64,000 nucleotides of DNA, from contig JBHGBE010000001.1 of assembly GCA_041946855.1 (NCBI GenBank), positions 69,346-133,345 on the forward strand, read 5' to 3'. Position numbers and translations under genes: made by a program. The stretch is from Phycisphaerae bacterium (lineage in GTDB: Bacteria > Planctomycetota > Phycisphaerae > SM23-33). The notes beneath the pieces are model-generated. The model had not been told where the DNA came from, did no database searches, and was given only the letters and a program-made list of their open reading frames with translations. Every line of letters starts with the position of its first letter. The first letter of the stretch is position 1. This document shows positions 22,901 to 30,044 of this stretch, piece after piece.

Positions 22901-23423
22901 GGAAATGGTCAAGAAGGCCGGCTGCCGGCTCATTCTCTACAACACCGGCCTGGACCGCTTCACGTTCGGCACGTACATGTTCTACGCCGAAAAGAAGTAC
23001 GACGTAAAGGGCTTCTGGCAGTGGATATACCACAGCGGCGGGACCATGACGGACTTCGACCTGGCCTCGCACCGCGAGTCGTGGTACGGCGTGGTCTACC
23101 CGTCAAGCCGCGGGATCCGGACCACGCCCGTGTGGGAACGAATCCGCGCCGGGTGCAACGACCATCGCTACCTCCAGACGGCCTGGGAACTCATCGCCGC
23201 CGCCAAGGCGTCGGGCAAGAACGTCGAGGCAGCCAAGGCACTGGAAACACTGATCGAAGGCACCTTCGCCAAGCTGAAGTTCGGCAAGGGCCGGGTCGAT
23301 CCAGCCGCGGCCGAGGGCAAGGCCGACAACCCGATGGCCCCCGCGCAGCAGGAGGCGTTCCGCAGGGCGCTGGCCGAGGGAATAATGAAGCTCACGGAGC
23401 GTACAAGTCCACCTCCGCGATGA
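19977..23423 (+). CDS. Large secreted multi-domain glycoside hydrolase-like protein (tandem CBM-like domains, GH123/DUF4091-like C-terminus)
   Basis: Signal peptide; two repeats ending YLDNARLVKG and FIDNIRLVKG; KFDFGP..AYDKTKGFGW; LSAAPGEY; WERIRAGCNDHRYL. Confidence 0.6.
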   Translation: MLTKTVLHAFVLFAAVGLLVSRAPAQGTGAGEANKEEIILDFEQGGKVAFDGADKLEYVADHATQGKTAGKITVAKDKPFAMFCDLRNGRNLGDKWGKFDRFIMDVFVEGGPVKVYAFIRDTQGNDWDNRYNQEFVVQPGKRQVEIAMGAIIRQKNQKPMDLANLTSLSFSFKPADDTKPATIYLDNARLVKGAGSFEVKVLYSFEGDDKGKYVLEDWPEEFKGKSKVSVVEEHATAGKKALKLESNAPAGNVQFTPDVQDWSGYDTLAFDVFNASDKPLPVGGWLKAKAADAYNDRSDWQRVLRPGANVLKLPVGGLVDNKRKPFAVSHIEMFNISVPNATVFIDNIRLVKGVEEIAVEGIRKFDFGPAGGAVMPGFTCVSRDSAYDKTKGFGWLAGGDFFRDFDIREVLNRHRPFDNLVRDFGNPIKATFAVDVPNGEYKGWLMLAPPGAGVWHSTFRHRTVSAQGKVIHDQEYNAESFKKWEFQWQDTEDMPGDDLWERYVNPSFRPVLFDAAVTDGQIKLDFDGHGEAWSVMVCGLVIWPKASDAQAQKWLANLNDLRKEQYLAMHVEAAPPASAPLKEIADAQKANGFVRFIHSPDRGIEYNSAPTADEVAAAGIELSAAPGEYQDGCFGIYPLKDRGSPTATVGKLTAYIGDLAGPGGAKIAAANLDLQIVRYKAMNHDATYTVQPKYMDKLPADGVAINTNVTRSFWLIAHVPADAAPGKYTGNITIEVMASDKSSPVKDIIPVTLTVWPIKLAEIDMPMGMYMVHPPYSYLGLETSQESYWKEWKNIIEDCRAHGMTSFDPAIGMPLKEIKDGKAVIDFANMDKWMELAKAAGFTKEIHAYAVGTGFSLRPAGFDDPKTLGGAARFGLASYGELVKLYFEAYKEHAKAKGYLPMNFCDDDEYLIHAGNGPEYLARYAQVLKDNAPGISFVPVDSMYPDEKPEMVPVWEKMLKSMDSWGAGLHSPKLAEMVKKAGCRLILYNTGLDRFTFGTYMFYAEKKYDVKGFWQWIYHSGGTMTDFDLASHRESWYGVVYPSSRGIRTTPVWERIRAGCNDHRYLQTAWELIAAAKASGKNVEAAKALETLIEGTFAKLKFGKGRVDPAAAEGKADNPMAPAQQEAFRRALAEGIMKLTERTSPPPR

Positions 23424-23946
23424 CGGACAGCATGCGGAAGCTGTGGACAGTGAAGCGCAGATGGCGGGCGATGAAGCTCAGGCGGGTGTCCTCTCCTGAG
23501 GCCGACCGTAGAATGTCGTCCGCCTTGCCCAGCGCCACCTGAAGGCGGTCGGCGTCATAGGTGGGGATCTGGTTGGCGAGGTCTCCCTGGATGCGGATGC
23601 GGTAAATCTTCCCCTGGAACGCGTAGTAGCTGACATCGCGCCCCATGTGGACGACGTCCTGCGGCCGCTCCGGCACCGACTGCGCGCTCACGGCCGCGGT
23701 GTTGGGAATCTTGTCGGCGGCATCGCCCAACTTGACTCCGTAGACGGTCAGCTCGCCGGCCTTCGCCGCGGGCGAGACAACCGCCGCAGGGTTCTTGGTA
23801 AGTTCAAGTTCCGCGGCCTTGTCGAGGGTCCCCAAACGCGATTCATCGCGTTTGGGGGCCCCCCCGCCCTCGCTGCCGCCCGCGGCCGGCAGCATGCAGT
23901 ACAAGGCCACAATCGCCACGATCACGACCGCCGCTGAAGTCCTCAT
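23392..23946 (-). CDS. Hypothetical secreted protein
   Basis: Signal peptide, host-like codon usage; overlaps the convergent gene by 32 bp. Confidence 0.65.
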   Translation of the reverse strand: MRTSAAVVIVAIVALYCMLPAAGGSEGGGAPKRDESRLGTLDKAAELELTKNPAAVVSPAAKAGELTVYGVKLGDAADKIPNTAAVSAQSVPERPQDVVHMGRDVSYYAFQGKIYRIRIQGDLANQIPTYDADRLQVALGKADDILRSASGEDTRLSFIARHLRFTVHSFRMLSVIAEVDLYAP

Positions 23947-24085
23947 GCCCTGTCCTTTCTGAATGGGACGCGTCTCATCTGTGCCGACACGCTCGGATCA
24001 TTCTAGTTAGGGCCGGCGGCGGCGCGGGAAATGTTGTTGCCGCTGTTGCGGGCTTCCATAGAATACGCTCACGCAAAGCGCGGCC

Positions 24086-25744
24086 ATGGCGATATTGACC
24101 GACTATCTTGAGCCGCGGACGCTCCAGCAGATGCAGGATGCGTTCGCGGCCGTGACGAACCTGCCCATTCGGTATTGCCGGCCCGACGGCAAGCCGCTGA
24201 CCAGGCCGTCGAGCGTCTCGGCCGGACTCTTCCGGAAGGACTCCGGCAGGTCCGAGGCCGCACACAAGACCGCCAAGCCCGCCGCGGCGATCAAGCCCGT
24301 CCGCTACGACGTGCCGATCGTGATGGCAGAGGAGGTCGTCGGCCGGATCATCCTGGAGACCGCCGACCCTCAAATGGACGTCGCCGGCCCGCGCGGCACG
24401 GAGGAAAAGTCCACGCGGATGCTCAGGCTCCTGGGCCTGATGGCCGGCATGATCTCCCGCCTGTGCGACCGCGAGAAGCAGCTCCGCGCCCGCGTGGACC
24501 AGTTGGCGGCCCTGTACAAGCTGACGGCCGAGTTCACCAGCCGCCGCGACCTCTATGGCGAAAAGAGCCTGCTGAACCTGGTCGCCGCCACGGTGGTAGA
24601 CGTGCTCAAGGCCAAGGCCTGCTCCATCCGCCTGCTGAGCGACGACCACAAGGAGCTGGTCATAAAGGCCGTCGCCAACCTATCGCCGGAGTACCTGAAC
24701 AAGGGGCCGATCCTCGTCTCGCGGAGCCTGATCGACAAAGAGGTGCTCGAGACGCTCAAGCCGGTGTACATCGCCGACGAGCGCAACGACCCGCGCGTGC
24801 TGTATCCGGCCGAGGCCAGGCGCGAGGGCATCGTCAGCGGCCTGGTCGCGCCGCTTATGTACAAGGGCCATCCAGAGGGCGTCATCCGCGTCTACATGGG
24901 GCGGAAATACAAGTTCGACTGGTTCGAGTCGTCGCTGCTGCTGGCAATTGCCGGCGAGGCGGCGGCCGCCATCGTCAACGCCCGCCTCTACGAGGAGGCG
25001 GTACACTCGGCCCACATGCGGCGGGCGCTCCAGACGGCCGCGGAAGTCCAGCGGAGGATGATCCCCTCGGCGCCGCCGTCCGTGCCGGGCTTCGAGATCG
25101 GCGCGCTCTACGTGCCCAGCTACGAGCTCGGCGGCGACTTCTACGACTTCATCCCCCTGCCGCCGGACAACGTGGGCATCGCGGTCTGCGACGTGGTGGG
25201 CAAGGGCGTGAGGGCGTCGCTGCTGATGGCCTCCATCCGCGCGTCGCTGCGGGCGCACGCGGCCAGCATCTACCAGATGTCGGAGGTGATGGCACGCGTC
25301 AACCGCGACCTGTGCGAGGACGTGCTGACCAGCGACTTCGCGACGCTCTTCTACGCCGTGCTCGACTACAAGACCCGGCGCTTCACCTACTGCAACGCGG
25401 GGCACCCGCAGCCGCTGCTGTTCCGGCCGGGACAGGCGCCGGTGAGCCTGTCGCTGGGCGGGCTCGTGATCGGCGTCGATTCGCAGGCGCGATATGACTG
25501 CGAGTCGTTCATCCTCGGCCCCGGCGACGTGGTCCTGGCGTACACGGACGGCATAGTCGAGGCGGCGAACTTCGCGGAGGAGCCGTTCGGCCGCAAGCGC
25601 CTTGAGACGGCCGCCACCGCCGCCATCCAGAAGGGCCAGTCCGCCGAGGCCCTCCTGCGGCACGTGCTCTGGGAGATGCGCCGCTTCGCCGGTCTGGGAA
25701 CTCGATTTGATGACTTGACTTTGCTGGCGATTCGGGTTCTATAG
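24086..25744 (+). CDS. PocR-like/GAF/SpoIIE (RsbU-type) PP2C phosphatase
   Basis: LQQMQDAFAAVT (PocR-like), GAF, GGDFYDF, DVVGKG, NAGHP, YTDG, DDLTLL. Confidence 0.88.
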   Translation: MAILTDYLEPRTLQQMQDAFAAVTNLPIRYCRPDGKPLTRPSSVSAGLFRKDSGRSEAAHKTAKPAAAIKPVRYDVPIVMAEEVVGRIILETADPQMDVAGPRGTEEKSTRMLRLLGLMAGMISRLCDREKQLRARVDQLAALYKLTAEFTSRRDLYGEKSLLNLVAATVVDVLKAKACSIRLLSDDHKELVIKAVANLSPEYLNKGPILVSRSLIDKEVLETLKPVYIADERNDPRVLYPAEARREGIVSGLVAPLMYKGHPEGVIRVYMGRKYKFDWFESSLLLAIAGEAAAAIVNARLYEEAVHSAHMRRALQTAAEVQRRMIPSAPPSVPGFEIGALYVPSYELGGDFYDFIPLPPDNVGIAVCDVVGKGVRASLLMASIRASLRAHAASIYQMSEVMARVNRDLCEDVLTSDFATLFYAVLDYKTRRFTYCNAGHPQPLLFRPGQAPVSLSLGGLVIGVDSQARYDCESFILGPGDVVLAYTDGIVEAANFAEEPFGRKRLETAATAAIQKGQSAEALLRHVLWEMRRFAGLGTRFDDLTLLAIRVL

Positions 25745-25767
25745 AGGGGCCATATTATGGAAGGAAC

Positions 25768-26832
25768 ATGAGCCACTTCTGTCTGCTCGCAAATCCGGAC
25801 AAGTACGTTGCGCAGGATTGGGACCTTCTGGCGGACGCCGCGGCGCGGGAACGATGGCTGGGGTTGTTCGAGACGCACTTCGGGGAGACGCTCAAGCACG
25901 CCGCCACGCAGTACGGCCGGAACGCCGGCAAGCAGATCGCCACCGCCCGCCAGCAGTTCGCGCAGGTCCTGGCGGGACTGCGGGCCAACCCCGCCAGCCT
26001 GCCGTCGGGCAAGCTCAACGTCCTGGAGCTCTGCCGCGCGCGGGAGAAGGTCCTTCGCGACAACCGGCTGAACGACCCGTTCGCGCACATCAAGACGCGA
26101 GAGAACGCGCTTGCCGCCAAGCTGTACCCGCAGGCGGTCCGCAAGCTGCACGCGATGAGAGGCGCGGACAAGTGGCTGCACCTGATCGAGTGCGTCTTCG
26201 CGGGCAACATATTCGACCTGGGCGCGACGGCCACGATGCACCTGGCGGAGAAGCCGACGGATTTCCTTGCCGCCGTTGAGAGCACCAAGCCGCGGCCGTG
26301 GGCCGTTGACGACTTCGACCGCCTGGCCAGGGACCTGCCCGACCGCCCGCCGACGAAGTGGTCCAAGGTCATCTTCTTCATCGACAACGCGGGCAGCGAC
26401 TTCATCCTCGGCGTCATGCCGCTGGCCCGCGAGCTGGCGATGTACGGCACGAAGGTGGTGCTGGCCGCCAACGAGCTTCCCAGCCTCAACGACATGACCG
26501 CGGATGAGACGGTCGCGGTGGTCGAGCGCCTGGCGGCGGCCGACCCGGACCTGGCGGCGCTCGTGCAGGCCGGCATGTTCGAGGTCGTGTCCACCGGCAA
26601 CGACACGCCGCTGATCGACCTGTCCAGCGTCTCCGACGAGCTGAACGCGGCCGCCGCGGACGCCGAACTGGTGGTTCTGGAGGGCATGGGCCGCGCCGTC
26701 GAGAGCAACCTGAACGCCGAGTTCAAGTGCGATACGCTGTGGCTGGCCCTGCTGAAGGACCCGGTCGTCGCGGCCAGGATCGGGGGAGAGATCTACGATT
26801 GTGTGTGCAAGTACCGGCCGGCACAGAGCTGA
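25768..26832 (+). CDS. DUF89/ARMT1-like damage-control phosphatase
   Basis: AGNIFDLG, FIDNAGSDFILG, AANELPSLND, LEGMGRAVESN. Confidence 0.85.
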   Translation: MSHFCLLANPDKYVAQDWDLLADAAARERWLGLFETHFGETLKHAATQYGRNAGKQIATARQQFAQVLAGLRANPASLPSGKLNVLELCRAREKVLRDNRLNDPFAHIKTRENALAAKLYPQAVRKLHAMRGADKWLHLIECVFAGNIFDLGATATMHLAEKPTDFLAAVESTKPRPWAVDDFDRLARDLPDRPPTKWSKVIFFIDNAGSDFILGVMPLARELAMYGTKVVLAANELPSLNDMTADETVAVVERLAAADPDLAALVQAGMFEVVSTGNDTPLIDLSSVSDELNAAAADAELVVLEGMGRAVESNLNAEFKCDTLWLALLKDPVVAARIGGEIYDCVCKYRPAQS

Positions 26833-26894
26833 TATGAACTGCCCGCGTGCGCGGGTACAATGTGGCATTGGCGATGCCGATTCCGGAGCGCAGC

Positions 26895-27113
26895 ATGAGG
26901 ACCTTCACAGCTTACGTTGAGTTTGACCCGGCGACGAAGCTCTACGTCGGTATCGTGCCGACAGTGCCAGGCGCACATACGCAGGCCGCGTCCTTGGACG
27001 AACTGAAGGCCAATCTCCGGGAGGTGCTGGGGCTGTGTCTTGAGGAGCTCGATACTCCCGAGGAGGAGATGCCTCAGTTTGCGGGCGTGCAGCAGATTGA
27101 GGTCGAGGGATGA
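26895..27113 (+). CDS. hicB: HicB-family antitoxin (short)
   Basis: YVGIVPTVPGAHTQAASLDELKANLREVLGLCLE. Confidence 0.85.
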   Translation: MRTFTAYVEFDPATKLYVGIVPTVPGAHTQAASLDELKANLREVLGLCLEELDTPEEEMPQFAGVQQIEVEG

Positions 27114-27334
27114 CCTCCATTCCGGCCCTGAACTTCAGGACTCTGGACAGGGCGCTGCGAGGTATGGGGTTCGTTCCCGTGCCGCAGAGAGGCAGCCACG
27201 TCTTCTACCGTCATGCCGATGGGAGGACCACTACTGCCCCGAACCATCGTGGCAGAGACATTGCCAAGCCTTTGTTGCGGGAGATCCTTCGGGAGATTCG
27301 TGTCTCGCCGGAGGAGTCCCTCGCCCATTTGTAG
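27110..27334 (+). CDS. hicA: HicA-family toxin
   Basis: GFVPVPQRGSHVFYRHADGRTTTAPNH..DI..PLLREIL; ATGA overlap with hicB. Confidence 0.88.
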   Translation: MTSIPALNFRTLDRALRGMGFVPVPQRGSHVFYRHADGRTTTAPNHRGRDIAKPLLREILREIRVSPEESLAHL

Positions 27335-27342
27335 CGGAAACA

Positions 27343-28179
27343 GTGAAGTACAAACTCCTAGCCCTGGACGTTGACGGCACGCTGCTCGACGAGCGGCAGC
27401 GAATCCCGCCCCAGACCATCGAGGCCATCGCCGAGGCCGACGCCGCGGGCCTGCGCGTCTGCATCGCCACCGGCCGCAGCTACATCGAGACGATCCCCGT
27501 CTGGCGGCAGTTGCGCCTGGCCGCGCCCTACGAGCCGATGGTCCTCATCGGCGGCGCCCTGGTGTCCGAGCCGGACACGGGGCGGACGCTTTACCAGCGG
27601 ACCATCTCGCGCGACCTGGCCCGCGAGTACGGCGACGCCCTGATGAGCGCGGGCTATTCCGCGATGGCGATCGTGGACGCCTGGCGGCACGGCGTGGATT
27701 ACTACCTGGCCGAGGGGCCGGACGCCGAGCGGGTGCAGCGGATGTGGTTTGACAAGATGAACGTCAACATCCGCCGCGTGCCGCGCCTGATGGCCGACGG
27801 CGAGCCGCCTGTGCTGCGGATCAACGCCGTCGCCCCGCCGGATGATGCGGCCATACTGTCATCCGAGCTTGCCCGGCGCTTCGCCGGACGGCTTCACGTC
27901 CACAGCATCTATGCGCCCAACTACGAGGTGACAGTTGTTGAGGCATTCGCCGCGACGGCCAGCAAGTGGAACGCGATACTCTACGTCGCCCAGGCGATGC
28001 GGATCGGGCCGGGCCAGATCGCGGCCGTCGGGGACGATGTCAACGACCTGCCGATGATTCGCGAGGCCGGCCTTGGCGCGGCCATGCCATCCGCGCCTCC
28101 GGCCGTCAAGGCGGCCGCCAAGCGGGTGGTCGAGCCCAGCCTGGCGCACTTCATCCGCGGGATCGTCGCCGAGGCGTGA
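27343..28179 (+). CDS. Cof-type HAD hydrolase
   Basis: DVDGTLL, ATGR, SKWNA, VGDDVNDLPM; GTG start inferred. Confidence 0.88.
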   Translation: MKYKLLALDVDGTLLDERQRIPPQTIEAIAEADAAGLRVCIATGRSYIETIPVWRQLRLAAPYEPMVLIGGALVSEPDTGRTLYQRTISRDLAREYGDALMSAGYSAMAIVDAWRHGVDYYLAEGPDAERVQRMWFDKMNVNIRRVPRLMADGEPPVLRINAVAPPDDAAILSSELARRFAGRLHVHSIYAPNYEVTVVEAFAATASKWNAILYVAQAMRIGPGQIAAVGDDVNDLPMIREAGLGAAMPSAPPAVKAAAKRVVEPSLAHFIRGIVAEA

Positions 28180-28198
28180 GCCTTCCGCGCGTTCGTAG

Positions 28199-28705
28199 TC
28201 AAGACGTAAGCCGACGTTTTCGCGCCGCCTTTGATGCCACATTGGCCGGCTTGCCCCAGCTCGCATCCGGCGTGTCATCCTTCGAGATCAGCCGCATCGC
28301 CTCGATGGACTCAAAGCCGAACTTCTCGTAGAGCCCCTTGGCGTCCATCGTTGAAAGCCATATCCGCAGCCCCTTTACCTCAGGCATCTCCAGGGCGCAG
28401 CGGATGAGAAACTTGCCCAGGCCCTTGCCGCGGTATTCCTTGTCTATGACAACATCCGTCAGCCATGCGAACACGGCCCAGTCGCTGATCCAGCGGGCGA
28501 AGCCGATCTGCCGCTTGCCGTCCAGCAAGCTGATGCACTTGGAGTGCTTCAGCGAGGCGAGGAAACACTCCATCGACCGGTGCGAAGCCCAGTATGTCGT
28601 GTGCAGCATCCTCAGGGCCGCGTCGGCGTCGATGGCCTTGGGATCGGTCGTCGCCAGGTAGCGGCCTTTGCGCCAGGTGAGGTGCGACGGCTGCTTCGAT
28701 TTCAC
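28199..28705 (-). CDS. GNAT acetyltransferase
   Basis: QIGFARWISD, LTDVVIDKEYRGKGLGK, AKGLYEKFGF. Confidence 0.88.
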   Translation of the reverse strand: MKSKQPSHLTWRKGRYLATTDPKAIDADAALRMLHTTYWASHRSMECFLASLKHSKCISLLDGKRQIGFARWISDWAVFAWLTDVVIDKEYRGKGLGKFLIRCALEMPEVKGLRIWLSTMDAKGLYEKFGFESIEAMRLISKDDTPDASWGKPANVASKAARKRRLTS

Positions 28706-28773
28706 TCTTCACTACTCCCATCGATGACACGCGGCGAAGGCCCACCACCGGGCTTGTCCCGGTGATGACGTTC

Positions 28774-29919
28774 CTACATGTCCAGTTGCCCCTCGACCAG
28801 CCCCATGGGCAGCGCCGCAGGCTGCTTGCACGTGCTGGCGAGCGTGATGTGCTTGCCCTGGTCGCTGGAGTCGTGGAAGGCGTGCATGATGTCCAGTACG
28901 TGGAACGCGAGCTCGCCGCTGGCGCGGTGCGGCCGGCCGGTCGTCAGGCCGCAGGCCATGTCCGCCACGCCGATGCCGCGGCTGTTCTCCGCGTAGATGT
29001 GCGTCAGTGGGACCTCCTTCCATTCCTTGTCGCCCGCGCGGCGGATGCGGACCGGCCCGCCGAAGCCGTTGGGGTCCGGGACGCTCAGCGTGCCGGCCGT
29101 CCCGTATATCTCGATCCGCGGCAGTTCGGCCGCCCACACGTCGAAGCTGGTGATGATCGTGCCCACCGCCCCGCACTGGAAGTCCAGCAGACCCGCCACG
29201 TGCGTCGGCACGTCGACCTTGATGACCGTGCCGTTCTTCGGCTGGCTGGTGATGAGCCGCGTGGGGAACGATACCTTCGTCGCGCCGGCGACGCGGCGGA
29301 CCGGGCCCATCAGGTTGACCAGCGCCGTCAGGTAGTACGGCCCCATGTCGAACATCGGGCCCCCGCCCACCTTGTAGTAGAACTCCGGGTCCGGGTGCCA
29401 GCTCTCGTGGCCGTGGCACATCATGAAGGCCGTGGCGGCGACGGGCTGGCCGATCCAGCCGTCGTCGATGAGCTTGCGGCAGGTCTGGATTCCGCCGCCC
29501 ATGAAGGTGTCGGGCGCGCCGCCGACACGAACGCCCTTGGACGCGGCCAGCTCCAGCATCTTGCGGCCGTCCTCGCGCGTGATGGCGAGCGGCTTCTCGT
29601 TGTGGACGCTCTTGCCGGCGTTCAGTGCGGCAAGGGCGACCGACGCGTGCGCCTTGGGGATCGTCAGGTTGACGACGATCTTGATCTCGGGATCGGCCAG
29701 AAGGTCTTCGACGCTGACGGCCTTGACTCCGAACTCCTCGCCCTTGGCCTTGGCGCGTTCGGGGATAATGTCCGCGCACGCGGCCACGTCGAGGATCCCG
29801 AACGCCTTGCACCGCTTGAAGTAGATCGCGCAGATATTGCCGCAGCCGATGATGCCGATCTTCACCTTGCCGGGCTTTGCCGTGGTCGATTCCGCCTTCT
29901 TCGCTTTCGCAGCCGCCAT
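28774..29919 (-). CDS. Gfo/Idh/MocA family oxidoreductase
   Basis: [42 protein letters not shown]. Confidence 0.9.
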   Translation of the reverse strand: MAAAKAKKAESTTAKPGKVKIGIIGCGNICAIYFKRCKAFGILDVAACADIIPERAKAKGEEFGVKAVSVEDLLADPEIKIVVNLTIPKAHASVALAALNAGKSVHNEKPLAITREDGRKMLELAASKGVRVGGAPDTFMGGGIQTCRKLIDDGWIGQPVAATAFMMCHGHESWHPDPEFYYKVGGGPMFDMGPYYLTALVNLMGPVRRVAGATKVSFPTRLITSQPKNGTVIKVDVPTHVAGLLDFQCGAVGTIITSFDVWAAELPRIEIYGTAGTLSVPDPNGFGGPVRIRRAGDKEWKEVPLTHIYAENSRGIGVADMACGLTTGRPHRASGELAFHVLDIMHAFHDSSDQGKHITLASTCKQPAALPMGLVEGQLDM

Positions 29920-30044
29920 GAATGTTCTCCTTGCTGTCCGGGGCTCTCCGGTTTCGCTGATCCCCGCCAGGCGGCGGGTTGGAAGGCAGATTCTAGGATC
30001 GCCCTTACGCCGACGCCAGAGAAAAGGCCGCTCCGCAACTCGCC

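Noticed and set aside
19527-23072. 1181-aa minus-strand ORF, and similar long shadow ORFs (13855-15621, 30048-31211, 34058-35986)
   Set aside because: Antisense to well-supported genes with no motifs; typical artefact of high-GC codon bias
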